NCBI GenBank assembly: GCA_016906335.1
Contig: JADEYG010000012.1
Location: forward strand, 992,001-1,056,000
Direction: 5' to 3'
DNA length: 64,000 nt
Source: Novakomyces olei
Taxonomy: Eukaryota
Position 1 is the stretch's first letter, and each line of letters starts with the position of its first letter. Both the position numbers and the translations under genes were made by a program. The notes beneath the pieces are model-generated. The model did no database searches. It saw only the letters and a program-made list of their open reading frames with translations, and was not told the origin of the DNA. Below, piece after piece: positions 27,044 through 38,810 of this stretch.

Positions 27044-29857
27044 TCAGCTCTGGCGCTGAAGCTGGACGACTGTGCTATTATAATCGCCCAGTAAACTATA
27101 TTGCAGTCCGTAATTCATAAGAGTCGATCCTGTATACGCCTGGCCGCCGTCAACGGTGTACGAGGCCGACGGATCCAAGCCCTGCAAGCGGATACGCGGA
27201 ACGCTATTGTCCACATTAGCACGCAGCTGGTAGTAGAAGAGCACGGCCTGTGAGGCGTCGGGAGAGACAAAAAGAACGGCAGGCCAATTAGATTCTTCAG
27301 GCAGACTGAGCCTGTACAAATCTCCATTGAGAATTAGAGGGCTAATGGACTCTGCCAGGGCAATCAGGCCAGGCAATTCCACTCGTTCATCGGCCGACAA
27401 TTCTTCAGGGTTAAGCTCGAGTCCAAAGGAGCCGCCCATCATAGCCACGTGGCCACGGAACTGGATAGAGATATTTCGGCCCGTCTGTTGATTCGGGATG
27501 GCAGAGACATGGGCTCCCATAGCACTTGGCGGGTAGACCAATGACGTACCGAGCTGAATAGCAATGCGCTCAGCAGCGTCCGTATCATCAGAGGTCCAGA
27601 CTTGTGGGAAGTACTGCAAGATTCCAGGGTCAAAGCGGCCACCGCCAGAAGCACAGCCTTCCCACAGCACGTTGGGGTAACGAGCAGTCAGATTACTAAA
27701 GACGTGGTAGATTCCGAGCATATACTCGTGGTCAGTGCTGGGCGAGGGCATCTCGTGGCTTCCACGGTTATGGTCCCATTTAACATAAGTGATGTTGCCA
27801 CTGTCGAGGATACTGCTGACAGAGTCGATAATAAACTCTTGCACTTGCGGAAGAGCGACATTAAGGACAAGCTGGTTACGGCGGAGTGTGTGCGGGTACG
27901 ACCCGGCCTGCAGAACCCAGTCAGGGTGTTCGTGGTAGAGCGTAGAGTTAGGGTTAACCATCTCGGGCTCCATCCAGATTCCAAACCGCAGGTGCGTTGA
28001 AGAATTACTGGCAGTAAGGGCACTTACGTTACTCGCCAAGGGACCAAGTCCATTGGGGAATTTGGCACGATTAGCCTGCCAGTCTCCGAGTCCTGCAGTG
28101 TCGTTCAGTCGTGGGTATTCGTTGCCAAACCAGCCATCATCCACAACCAGCAGTTTCACTCCTAAAGCTGCTGACTCCTGGGCCAGACGGTAGACACTGC
28201 TCTCGTTGATATTGAAGCTCAAGCCTTCCCAACTGTTGAGCAAAGCAGGTCGGTCACTAGTGGCAAATCTGCTAGTGATCAAGTGCTCACGGTACAGCCG
28301 GTGGAAGAGCCGGGACATGCCTCCGATACCGTTGGCCGAGTACACAGAGACACACTCTGGTGACGTCAGAGTGCTGCCGGGAGCAAGATTCCACGATAAT
28401 TGCTCCGGGTTGAGGCCCACAAGAGCTCGCGTGAAACCCTGAGAGCCCTTCTCCACTTGCACAGCAAAGGAGCCAGTGTAAACCAGAGAAAATCCCCATG
28501 CCTCGCCCTGCGCCTCGTTGGTTGAGGGCGAAACAATGGAAAGGAAGGGATTGTGCAAGTGGGAGGAGAAGCCCGTGCTGCTCGAGAATCTGGATAGTGA
28601 GTATAAATTGCGCAAATAAACATTGAGCAATTAAACATTGAGCAATTAAACATTGAGCAAATAAGCATTGAGCAAATAAACATTGGGCAATTAAACATTG
28701 AGCAAATAAACATTGAGCAAATAAACATTGAGCAAATAAACATTGAGCAAATAAACATTGAGCAAATAAACATTGAGCAAGTAAAAAACAGAATCTACAA
28801 GAGTAGAATACAAAATGTACGGCCTTACCCCTGTGATCCATAGATGATTGAAGACCTCTGCGGATGGGCCTCACGCGCCCAATCGCCATGTAGGCTGATC
28901 ATATCGAGATCGGTGTAGGGAAAATCAAAACTCAAGCTGGCGAGTGCCTCGACGGTGATATTTCCTTGGCCCTGGTTGGTGACACTGACGCTGCGTACAA
29001 TAGCATCGTATTGAGGAAAGATAGAATACGACAAATTTGCCGCCACTGAGCTGTACTGGTCCCACAGACTAATGATGAGGGTAGTGACGTCACGAGCCTC
29101 GCCATAGGTGGCAGGCAGCCCAGGCAGATCAGGTTTGCCTTCGACGATATGGTACGATTGGTAAGCGAATTGAGAGACAGTGTAGCCCTCTGATTGCCGA
29201 ATACGCACTGCAGGCGTACGGAAATCTCCGCGACCTTGGTCGGGAAACTCACGGCGAATACGGCCGGGCAGGCCTACCCACCCATTGACAGTCGGAGGCA
29301 CTTCCTCGGGGACACTGCCCGTCAGGGGACCACCATAGTGGTCGCTGATGAGATCGCCCGTACTCGGATCAACGTGGAAGTGGTACGACAAATGCACTCC
29401 GTGCAATGCAAAGCTCGTGCCATTGACAACCACAGCTGCAATAGTTAGAATATGATTAGGAGATTGTGCATTCAGATACTATGAGCACCCGATTAATTGG
29501 ACGAAAATTGTAAGAAAATTGTACGGAAATCGAACGAAAATTGAACTAAAATTGAACTAAAAATGTACGAAAAAAATTGCAAGGATCAATAGATCGGCAA
29601 GGGCAGGCGACGGACAAACATGATCAAGGACAGAATAGGCGGATAGAAGCCCGCGGAGTCAAGCATGCATTGCAAACAAAAGCATCTAAATCTCATCCAC
29701 TGCCAACCCCCAAGCAGTTGTCCAAAGCCAAGGTAAAAGTCTCTAAACGCCCAAATACAGTCATACCGCTCCCATTGTATCCCTGAGCAGAGACGCAAGT
29801 CAGCCCCGTCAGCAGGGTGACTACTGCGAGCGCTAAGCGCCGAACAAGACCAGTCAT
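27044..29857 (-). CDS. Secreted GH36 alpha-galactosidase (AglC type). Exons 29857-29767, 29435-28829, 28589-27044
   Basis: Signal peptide [81 protein letters not shown] (nucleophile), [19 protein letters not shown] (acid/base). Confidence 0.95.
28612..28780. repeat. 15-bp minisatellite GCAAATAAACATTGA x11 inside GH36 intron 2
   Basis: Eleven near-identical head-to-tail units with no spacers. Explains the spurious CLFAQ/MFICS ORFs. Confidence 0.95.
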
Positions 29858-29991
29858 TTCGTAGTTACCAGGCGCAAGATGCCTGCAGCATTGGCTCCAT
29901 ATATAGCTGCTCTGCATGGCCGCCTCAGTGTGACAGACGTAATAACCCGCAAATTACCCGAAATGAAATATACAGTATATGGGATAATATC

Positions 29992-30468
29992 CCCCGCATC
30001 CCATTAAGGCAAAGACCCCTCACTGGGAGAACGTTCCATACCCGTTTTTGGCACTATACTGCTCGCGTAAGACGCTAGTATAAGACCGCATAAATTTAAG
30101 CAACATCTCCCCGAGGACGACGTCATTTCGGACGCGTGAGAACGCTGAAACGTGTCTCTGTGGGGTCGCCAATTTTAAAATTACAATTCTACACACCTCA
30201 CGCGCCGAGATCGGTGTTTAGATGACATTCCGAGGAAAGAACGGGTTTGCCGACCTCCATTTGGGTTCGCGTGCATGCGCATTTGCACATAGAGTGCTTA
30301 TTAATAGACTCGTTTAGCACATGTAAACATTGTTTCGCACACGTGCATTGAAACGTGCGCACGTTGCCTCCGCATTCGGCTGTTACACCAACTGCCGATC
30401 TGCGCTTGGCACAATATCCCACAGTAGAAATGTTCTATCACTGTCGCTTTTGTATTACGATTCCCCGC
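29992..30468. promoter_or_regulatory. Candidate CreA/Mig1/Scr1 (SYGGRG) sites and a CRE half-site upstream of GH36
   Basis: CCCCGC at 29992 and 30463, GTGGGG at 30160, ATGACGT on the minus strand at 30120-30126. Short motifs, so function is inferred. Confidence 0.4.
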
Positions 30469-30540
30469 TAATTTCGTGTGACCGTTACGACTAGGCCAAA
30501 TCGGTAATTTAATCGAGCGGGCGGGTGAGCCGATTATTCG

Positions 30541-30602
30541 AGATTATTTTAGATTATTTTAAATTATTTTAGATTATTTTAAATTATTTTAGATTATTTT
30601 TA
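30541..30602. repeat. 10-bp tandem repeat A[G/A]ATTATTTT x6
   Basis: Direct observation. Confidence 0.85.
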
Positions 30603-31007
30603 GTATGTGCGACATCAAAGTGGAAGTATCACCGACCACCGAGCTGAAGGTTAACGCTCTCGGACGGAAATGGAATGTAAACATACTCTGGAGACGAATG
30701 CTGCTATTTATTATTAATGGCCGACTGCCGTTATTGTGATGATGATCTAAGCGAGCATACGCTATTAGCGCAAGAATTCTAAATCTGTACTCGAATGGCC
30801 ATTTAATGATTAATTTAGTTCAATCCCCTGTTAATTTTATTTCATTCTATTTTATTTCATTCTACTACATCTTTTCAGTTCTCTTATTGAAGCCTAAAGA
30901 CGATGGTTACGTGATCAGGAACCCTGTATCACAAACGGGTCTGCATCAAACTTATCTGCTCAAAGTCGACTAGTCTTTATATAAAAAGAAGAGTTGTTCA
31001 ATTTTTA

Positions 31008-34000
31008 TCACAAAAGAAGAGCATCCAGCCGGCTTACATGCTCGACGAGACTGGCTGGCACTCGGAACTCGACGGCAGATGTAAGCATTACAAGCTGGCG
31101 GCTTCGATTCCGGAGCCGCTTCAATTGTTCTGCCGACCCCGCGTCTCCAAAAGTGGCATTGCGTAATTGCTGAGCTCGCTGAGTTATACTTTGCATGGCC
31201 AAAACAAGGAGCCCGGGAATCAGTCGGGCGACATTCTCATTCAGGCTCGTGTATTCGAGGCCTCGTCGCCTTATAGCAGAGGCCTCGTCCGTCTCCAGCG
31301 GAAGCAAATTCGCCTTATCCAGCGTCTAGATATTAGAACCAAGTCATCAAAAAAAAAGAAAGAAAAAAAAATAAACTGATTTAAATCATAGCTTGAATTG
31401 TCAAAATGAGAACGACAACAAATTGAATAAAAAAAAATCCTGTCAAGCAAGCAATAACCTGGAAACTAAGAATAACCCAATAAACCAAACTAGATACATA
31501 AAAATTCTCGACTCACTTCTAAAACGCCGATATAATTGCCATTGTTGTACAGCTGGTACGCGTCTGCCACAACCAGCAAAGTGCTACAAGCTGATTTTGC
31601 TTGAGGGGAAACGCGGGCCAATATGGCCGAATTGCCTGCGTACATGGCCTGCATACTGCGAGCCAGACTCAAAGGCCCCTCGGCGGCATTGAGAGAGAGA
31701 GTCCCTCCTTCGTCAGCGGCTCGTAAAAGTTCGGGAACGAGCAGTGCACTTCCCAATGCCTGATTGACCAGTATGTAAACCGTGTTGTACTCTTCTGACA
31801 AATGGTACAGCAAAACTGCATCTGACAGTCTTCCATCCCTCTCTGCCCGCTCTGCTGCCTGATGAGATACTGATTTTAAAAAGGCGCGTTCATCCGCCAC
31901 TCCGAAATGAGCAATCTTTCGCTCTAAAAGGCCAGGAATTCGGGATCCATCAGCCCGAACGTCGCCCAGTAGTCCGGCAAAATCACGTGTCTCCAGAATC
32001 AAATCACGAAGGGCAGATAGGGCTAGTGTTGCAGCAGCGAACGGAGCCGAATTATCGGGTTTACGGTCGCCAAAGATCGTCTTGGATCTGCTCGACTGAG
32101 CCGAGACTAATTCCCTTCCTGCTTGCCCTCGGCGCATGCAGATACAGCTCAAGTAATCGACAGCAAGTTCAGGATCTGCTTGCTGGAATCGAGCAGTAAA
32201 CGTTGTAATCAATCGGCCATAGTTTAATGCTGTCACTCCGTCCTCTTCTCCAGGCACAGTGACCAGCAGGTCTGGAACGGCAGCATTGGGTGCCATTCTG
32301 AGCAGACCATAATTGGCTAGAGCGATTGCATAATGTACAGCATCCGTAGGGTGATACGCGTAAATATAATGAATAGCACGTTCAAACTGACCGGAAAGTA
32401 GGAGTACGTGTAGGTAGACACATGGGTTAGATCCGAAAGGATTGAAATGAGCAGCTCCAAAGGCAACTAGCCGTCGTTGCACGTCTAATAATGTGTAGCG
32501 TTCGTGTAAATGATCGTCCTGTTGAGGCTGTTCATTGACCAGCATGAGCTGAAGCCACATATAGTCCTCAGTCAGGGGCAATATTTCCGGCAGTGAAGGC
32601 CGTTGCAGTTCGCAACGGCCGATAATCTTGTAAAGGCCCCATTTGTAGGGGTCCAAGTCTTGCTGGAAACGTAATTTTTGTGAAAATTCGGTGTGCAATC
32701 TATCGCTCAGTTGCCGGGGTAACCGTTGCCCCGAACTGGCATAGGCACGAATGTAAGCAGGAAAAGACCTATCAATACTCTCAAACCAGTCCTGATGCTC
32801 AACGCACCAATCAGCGGCTTCTTGCAAATTACCAGAGCGGAGCAAATAAAAAACAAGCGCCCATACTGGGACATTGTTTACCAGCTCCAAGTGTGGAAGA
32901 GTCCATTGGCCATTACGGAACAGTGTAACGCGTAAATAGCCCAGCACTTTGTTCAGCACTGAGGGAACACCTCCAACCCGTGCCTGGTGCATGTTGGCCA
33001 CTACTGTTGCCTCTATATTGCTATAGTATTGCTGCTCCAAGAACCGTTTGGCTCCGTCTATAATAAACTGTCTTACGCGTACACCCGCTGGGTCGTTTGT
33101 CCCGGTCTTTCCATACCCCTCGGCCAGTTCGTCGATGGAAAGTTGGGTTGCTCTACCGCCAGCATCATCGCCTACGATACTAATGAGCATATCCCATGCA
33201 GCATTAAGCTGAGTCGATCTCACATCCGTACTCGAGTGCGGCGAAGCTGCTCTCATTTCAGCGCACAGCTTTATCGGCTCATTGCGCAATCGCCGCTCTG
33301 TAAATTTGCGTATAACTGCTCCATAACACGTCTGTGCTCGGACCTCGGCCACACTGCTCGCAATGTTACTTTCAACCTTTTCAAAGCTATCAAGCGTCTC
33401 AAGCTTGCCGACCTTCTCAATAGGCACCGCAGTGTCAGCAAACCCTTCAAGCCTCTCCGGCTGCTCTTCCTCTACGTCATTATCCTTGCGCTGAACTAGC
33501 TGCTGTCGCCGACGATCCCAAACACGGGCAGTATTTTGGGCGAGAAACGCGTCAAATCCGCGGTTGCTTTGTTCAATGGTATCTTGAATCGAGTTCAAAA
33601 TGCTTTGCGCCTTTCTTAGCCGTAAGAATCCCTCAACATCGGTATCGGCTACACTGCGCGAAGTCACTTCGTACAATGGTCGCAAATGGATCTGTTCAAT
33701 ATCCCGTTGAGTCTGGCCCGCATTGACCCCACTTCCAGCAAGTAAATAGTGGGCTTTTGTAAAATCTGACGGAGCTGGCTCATTGGCCACCTTGAACCGT
33801 TTGGTCTCCCTCTCGAATTGGTCCAGGCCAAACTGTAACTGCGGCAACTGTGGTTGTAACAGTTCCTGCGTCAGTTTTCGTGACTGTTCCAAGATTTCTG
33901 CTAGAGACGAGTAGACCGAGCTTTGAGTTTCCGCAGCGTTTACAGAGTCACCGACCTCAGTTCCCACGCCGGGTTTGCCGGGTTGGATCGGCACAGGAGC

Positions 34001-34015
34001 CGGAATTGCAGACAT
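31008..34015 (-). CDS. NIC96: Nucleoporin Nic96/Nup93. Exons 34015-31517, 31325-31008
   Basis: LPQLQFGLDQ, TKAHYLLAGSG, GAKRFLEQQY, ARVGGVPS, VWALVFYLLRSG, DPYKWGLYKIIGRCEL, TEDYMWLQL, LLLSGQFERAI, TRDFAGLLGDVRADG. Start codon uncertain. Confidence 0.93.
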
Positions 34016-34113
34016 TCTGCTCTCAATCAGAGTGGCAGTCTGTGCGTACGGACGTCCTTGTAAATAAAGTATGCGTAAATTTGTTACATATTCTAATATA
34101 TCCTGTTTACATA

Positions 34114-34193
<80 letters not shown>
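34114..34193. repeat. (ATT/AAT)n microsatellite, about 26 units
   Basis: Perfect trinucleotide run upstream of NIC96. Confidence 0.95.
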
Positions 34194-34196
<3 letters not shown>

Positions 34197-34573
34197 GGTC
34201 GCGACACATTTAAAAGCATTCTATGTATTTCGAGTGCTCTGCCTATATTCCACCATCTCTGTGAAAGTCTCTATATCATTACAAGTAGTACATTTGAGGA
34301 ATAAAAGACATACACGATTAGAGAATTCTATGGGCAAGAGCGCCTCTTGCTGCCAAATTTTATATTCATTTTATTTCTGACGCTTCTATATACATTTAAT
34401 CCCAGGCATCTCGTTCAATCGAGCCAATTTTCAATGGCTGCCTTGCGAAAACATCAATGAAAAAAGTTGGAAATAATACGAAAACAATTAATACGGAAAA
34501 AGTTAGCCCAAGAGAAGAGAAAAAGAGAGTGTTGTTGATATCCAAAATCCCAGTATATGATAGTCGCAGCAGA

Positions 34574-35392
34574 CTAGCCTGCGCCTGTATCTAACGCATC
34601 TTCCAACAACTTTATTTGGTGTTGTACTAGCTCCATGTACTGCACTGTAGAAAGTAAGACCTCGCTTTTGCTAATACTAGCAGCTCCACGGACTGCTTTC
34701 AATCGTCTAAGAGCGGGTACAAGCTGCTGCAGCTCGTGGAATCCAGTTTTTATAAGGTTACGCCGGCGCTGCTCTGAATAAATGTGATTAGCCCTTTTTT
34801 GTTCCTCTGTAAGCAATTCTCTTCGTAAAATATCTCTTGAACCGGCAGCGCTCTCCTCCTCCTTATCGTCTGTTCTTGAACCTGATCGAGACAAGGGCGC
34901 TTTTCTTACTCGGGGGGCAAGCCTCGTTGACGATGTATCAGCATTAAATGTACGACTATTGTTTTCTCCTTCACATTTCACTTCTGCTCTTTTGCTGTCA
35001 CGTCCTGCATTCTCATCAATTACAATTTCATCTCCTTTTCTCCGCTCTTTTAACGTCGGCTCTAGACTATCATCCGCCTGTCGTGTCCTTTTTCCAGTAG
35101 CAACTCTCCCATCGGAAAACCTTCTTTCGTGAGGTGTCCCTCCCTCCGAAAATCTGCCTCTATCAGATTTGTTATCTACGGCCCAGTGTGATGGGTCTGC
35201 ATCGACAGAACTTGACCTTTTCGGCCAGACGGGAGATACCTCTGGTGGCTGTAGTAAAAAGCTCGTATCCTCAGCGATCCGATCGAGAAAGTTTGAGAAT
35301 ACAATACTCTCTTGTTCTGTTAAAAGCGTTCCACCATAGTTTGTGTCCAGCGGAGGCGGTGATGGTGGTGAGGGCACAGTGTCAAAAGACAT
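34574..35392 (-). CDS. bHLH transcription factor (Ino2/Ino4/Mlx-like)
   Basis: C-terminal LLTEEQKRANHIYSEQRRRNLIKTGFHELQQLVP...SKSEVL bHLH. First in-frame ATG is at 35392; the ORF-track start is a TTG. Confidence 0.85.
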   Translation of the reverse strand: MSFDTVPSPPSPPPLDTNYGGTLLTEQESIVFSNFLDRIAEDTSFLLQPPEVSPVWPKRSSSVDADPSHWAVDNKSDRGRFSEGGTPHERRFSDGRVATGKRTRQADDSLEPTLKERRKGDEIVIDENAGRDSKRAEVKCEGENNSRTFNADTSSTRLAPRVRKAPLSRSGSRTDDKEEESAAGSRDILRRELLTEEQKRANHIYSEQRRRNLIKTGFHELQQLVPALRRLKAVRGAASISKSEVLLSTVQYMELVQHQIKLLEDALDTGAG

Positions 35393-36542
35393 CTTGTACT
35401 GTAAACAATAAACGTCGTATATTAAATTGATGGTACACACGCAAAATTCCAGTAGCAAATAGTACTTAAAAAACCAGTAGGCGCCTCGCTGCTTCTTTAC
35501 CCCGAATGAGTTTGATACTGATATCGTTTGTGTCTGTGTACTTGAATTTCTAAATTCTTCCTTTTTGACAAAATATTCTGTACGCGACTATGCAAGCCTT
35601 TGTGTTGCAATCATTGCGTACGTTGGACCGTGAACGAAATTGGCCATGAAGCTTTGCAGAGGATCAGGAGCGGCAGTGCCGAATTTCAGGAGAATTTGCC
35701 TTAGCCAACGGTCCCTGCCCGGCAGGGACAGAGGAGATCGATTAGGCTAGAAACTCTTTCCAACTGCTCGACTATTTGTCGTAAACCGACGATATATTCA
35801 GAGCCACAAAGCTTCCGTCTGCTATGCTCTGCGATATCTGCCTTTGTCGCTTATTGGCGCACTACAGTTGGCACTTGTATTAGACACTGAATGGCTAAAA
35901 AGTGCCGACCATTTTCATGTGCCACTTCGTGCAATTAAGTAATCTGACGTTAGAATATCACAAAGTGGTAATTAATCTCTGGAGGTTTTGCACCGTGTTC
36001 CTTGGAACATCCTATTTGATTTCGAATTATATAATATTGAACCTTTTACTCACCTTCTATTCTGGCATATAAAATGGGTTTGAAATATTAAAATAAATAT
36101 ATAGATAAATTTAAATAACTTTAAATTTAAATCAATAAGAAATATTTTAAATTAATTTAAACTATTTAATATATAAAAATATATAGACATAAATTTGATT
36201 TATTTAAAATTAATACTTTTTGTTCATCTAGCCAAGGGTTTAAAAGGTAGCAAAACCCTTTGCTGTGCAGGTAATAGTCGTAGACGGCCTCACTCTCGAC
36301 TCTATTCTTCACGCTCATCTATGGAGATTCCGTACATCGCGTAAAGTGCCTTTGAAGCTATACAAATAAACGAAAAAGCTATGTTCAGCATTCGTTTATC
36401 CGTCATTTGTGGTATCCTACCAGGATGACCACACGCTGCACTTGTAAACATATCGACCGTACATGCATTTTGGTTGCTATCATACTTCAATTCATTAATC
36501 ACAAGGAAACCGTGAGGGCATCGCCAACATCTACTTCCAGAT

Positions 36543-37891
36543 TTAATGTGCCTCCCACTCACGCAACCACTCTGCGTAAAATTGAGTACCTCGATGGTGA
36601 CCAGTCGCAGGCAGTGCAACAAGATAGCCGTGGACACTGCGTACGCACGAGTCTAAAATCCGATCTGCCTCTTCTCCAACATGGTACTCATCTTCCATGC
36701 CTATTCCCGAGGCAATCGTATCTACGCTTTGTAGAAGTTTTTGGGTTTCAAGCACAACCTTGTCATATGCCAAAACGACAGGTCGAGGTAAAATGGCTCC
36801 AGCTTCTAACCCTTTCGATGCTTCTTCCAGTAAGTCCAGTATGCTCTGCAGCCTTTTCAAAAAGTCAGAGAGATTGCTATCCTCTCCAATCTCTTCACCA
36901 CTAGTGGCAGCATCACTAGTGCCATTAACAGTATGATTTTGAAACCGATCCGTAGTTCCATTTGTGGACGCTCGATGATTTGCGCGACTCGCAGTCCCGT
37001 TTACTAGTCTTCCCTCCGTACCATTTTCCCTATCAGCGTTTGAGCTTTTATCCTCGTCGTCGTCATCTGAATCATCTAACTCTCCTAACGCGTCTCTCAA
37101 ATCACGAAGCGCAGCGCCCGGTTCATCCAACTGATCTTGCACCTCGGCAACAACATCTTCAAGCTGTCCGATACAGCACAATAAAACCTTTCGTAGTTGT
37201 GCGCGAATACCCATAGTGGCAAACGTTTCTAATGCAATTGCAGTTTCTCGAACAACTGCAAAGGAAACAAGTCGGTCATTCGCTGCTTGACCCCGGCTAC
37301 AATCTATAATAAGAGATAATAAAATCTTCATTAATCCCCTTAAAAGCCGCACTGCCTCCATCGCTGTAATTTGACCCCATTGCTCACACAAATCGTAAAG
37401 CTGCAAGCTGTGCAGGACTATAAAGTCTGATTCTAGCCGCCTCATCAGCTCAATTGCCGCGTCTGCAGTAATAGGCGGACGGCACGCTATCGCAAACTGC
37501 GTACTGTGCGTGTTCACTAACCGGGCTGCGTCAGCTAGTCGATCTAGACTCAGGTCGCCAGTCTGTGGGCCTTCGCGCTGCCTCCAAGCATCAAAGGCAG
37601 ACCGCCACGGATCTTGCGCTTGTGCTTCATACTGCTGCAACAGCAACTCTGCCCCTTGGATCGTACTTGTAAAAGATTGCTGGAGCTGTCGCTCTGAAAA
37701 GTTAGACAATGGAACTATAAGACTATATATTGCTGAATAGAAAGTGAACTGAGCCCAAACGTCTAAACAGCACAAAAGGTAACAGCAGTAAAGAAAGATC
37801 ATAATCATACAGACGTCTTACCTTCTTGTGCGCGATTAGTCAGACGCGACGGCGTACGTGAGCGCTCGCGCCGTCGTTGCGGCGCCACCAT
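36543..37891 (-). CDS. GCIP/CCNDBP1 (Grap2 and cyclin-D-interacting)-like helical protein. Exons 37891-37822, ~37693-36543
   Basis: MVAPQRRRERSRTPSRLTNRAQE, intron GTAAGA...CTAAC..CAG, then ERQLQQ in frame. The motifs LVNTHSTQFAIACRPPITADA, LEDVVAEVQD plus acidic tract, and SVDTIASGI follow the family layout. Confidence 0.6.
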
Positions 37892-38176
37892 ACAGTAAAG
37901 AATACGTGAAGAGACGTGGTCCGAATCTTTTCTTCTATCTGATAACAAGACTGCATCTATATACGTTCATATAAATTAGGCCAGTAGGGCCAGGGTTAGT
38001 TAGGGTTATTGACCCTGCAATACGGAGCATAATGCTTGTTACAGCAGCGGTGCATACTGATCTCGTACTGTAATTTCTCCCACTGTAATCTCATTGTACG
38101 TACAAAAGGCGTTTGAGGGCTGTTGGCCGTTGGCGTTAATGTATATTATTGTTTAGGCGCACGACAGGATTGCGAT

Positions 38177-38540
38177 ATGGACCGGCAGCGCGCAATAGTG
38201 CCGCTCGTCGAGGAAAATATAGTGCACAATGTACAGGTACGCGTTGGCAGTTCTGGTGCGAGTCTAACTGTAGGCAATCGGTCAGCTTCGCAGTATAACG
38301 TCTATCCTAAGCGGCGCTGTAGCGGGAATCCTGGGACTAACATCGTACTATGGATTTGCCTTTTATGCGCTCACCACTTTGATTACGAGTATTATCATGT
38401 ACGCAACACTAACGGTCGGTGATCGTAGCCGGTATTTCGCGAGCTCGGGACAGTTTTGGTTACATTCTGTTGTTGACGGCATTACTAGTTACGTGCTGAT
38501 ATGGACAATGTGTTATGGCCTTGTCTATGTGTACGATTAG
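38177..38540 (+). CDS. EMC6: ER membrane protein complex subunit 6. Exons 38177-38236, 38274-38540
   Basis: ENIVHNVQ-AIGQLRSITSILSGAVAGILGLTSYYGFAFY...ITSYVLIWTMCYGLVYVYD*. 37-nt intron GTACGC..CTAAC..TAG. Missed by the ORF track. Confidence 0.92.
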
Positions 38541-38810
38541 TGCGTGTATTGCAAGACCAAGTTGGTACAGGGCTTACGAGCGTTACAACGTCATACGACA
38601 AGACGAAATGCAAATAGAGATACTATTACCACACTAATGCCATTATTGCAACAGCATGTTTCACGTGGATGTACAGCTCATGACCATTATTGACTTTTCC
38701 GCACCAAGGTTCATTATTAAATTGCACCTGCTAATACTAAACTAAACACTGACACTCGTTATATTATCTCATTATATTATCTCTGTCTAGGCCGCCTGAC
38801 ACTTCCACAG

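Noticed and set aside
28287-28889. ORFs with CLFAQ/MFICS pentapeptide repeats; CRISPR-like appearance
   Set aside because: They are translations of the intronic 15-bp tandem repeat. There are no unique spacers or cas genes, and the context is eukaryotic.
33850-34380. Poly-Tyr and poly-Leu ORFs
   Set aside because: Alternative frames of the (ATT)n microsatellite.
36302-36637. 111-aa ORF overlapping the GCIP-like gene's 3' end
   Set aside because: No recognisable motif and no splice path joining it to the gene that I could support. Most likely 3' UTR.
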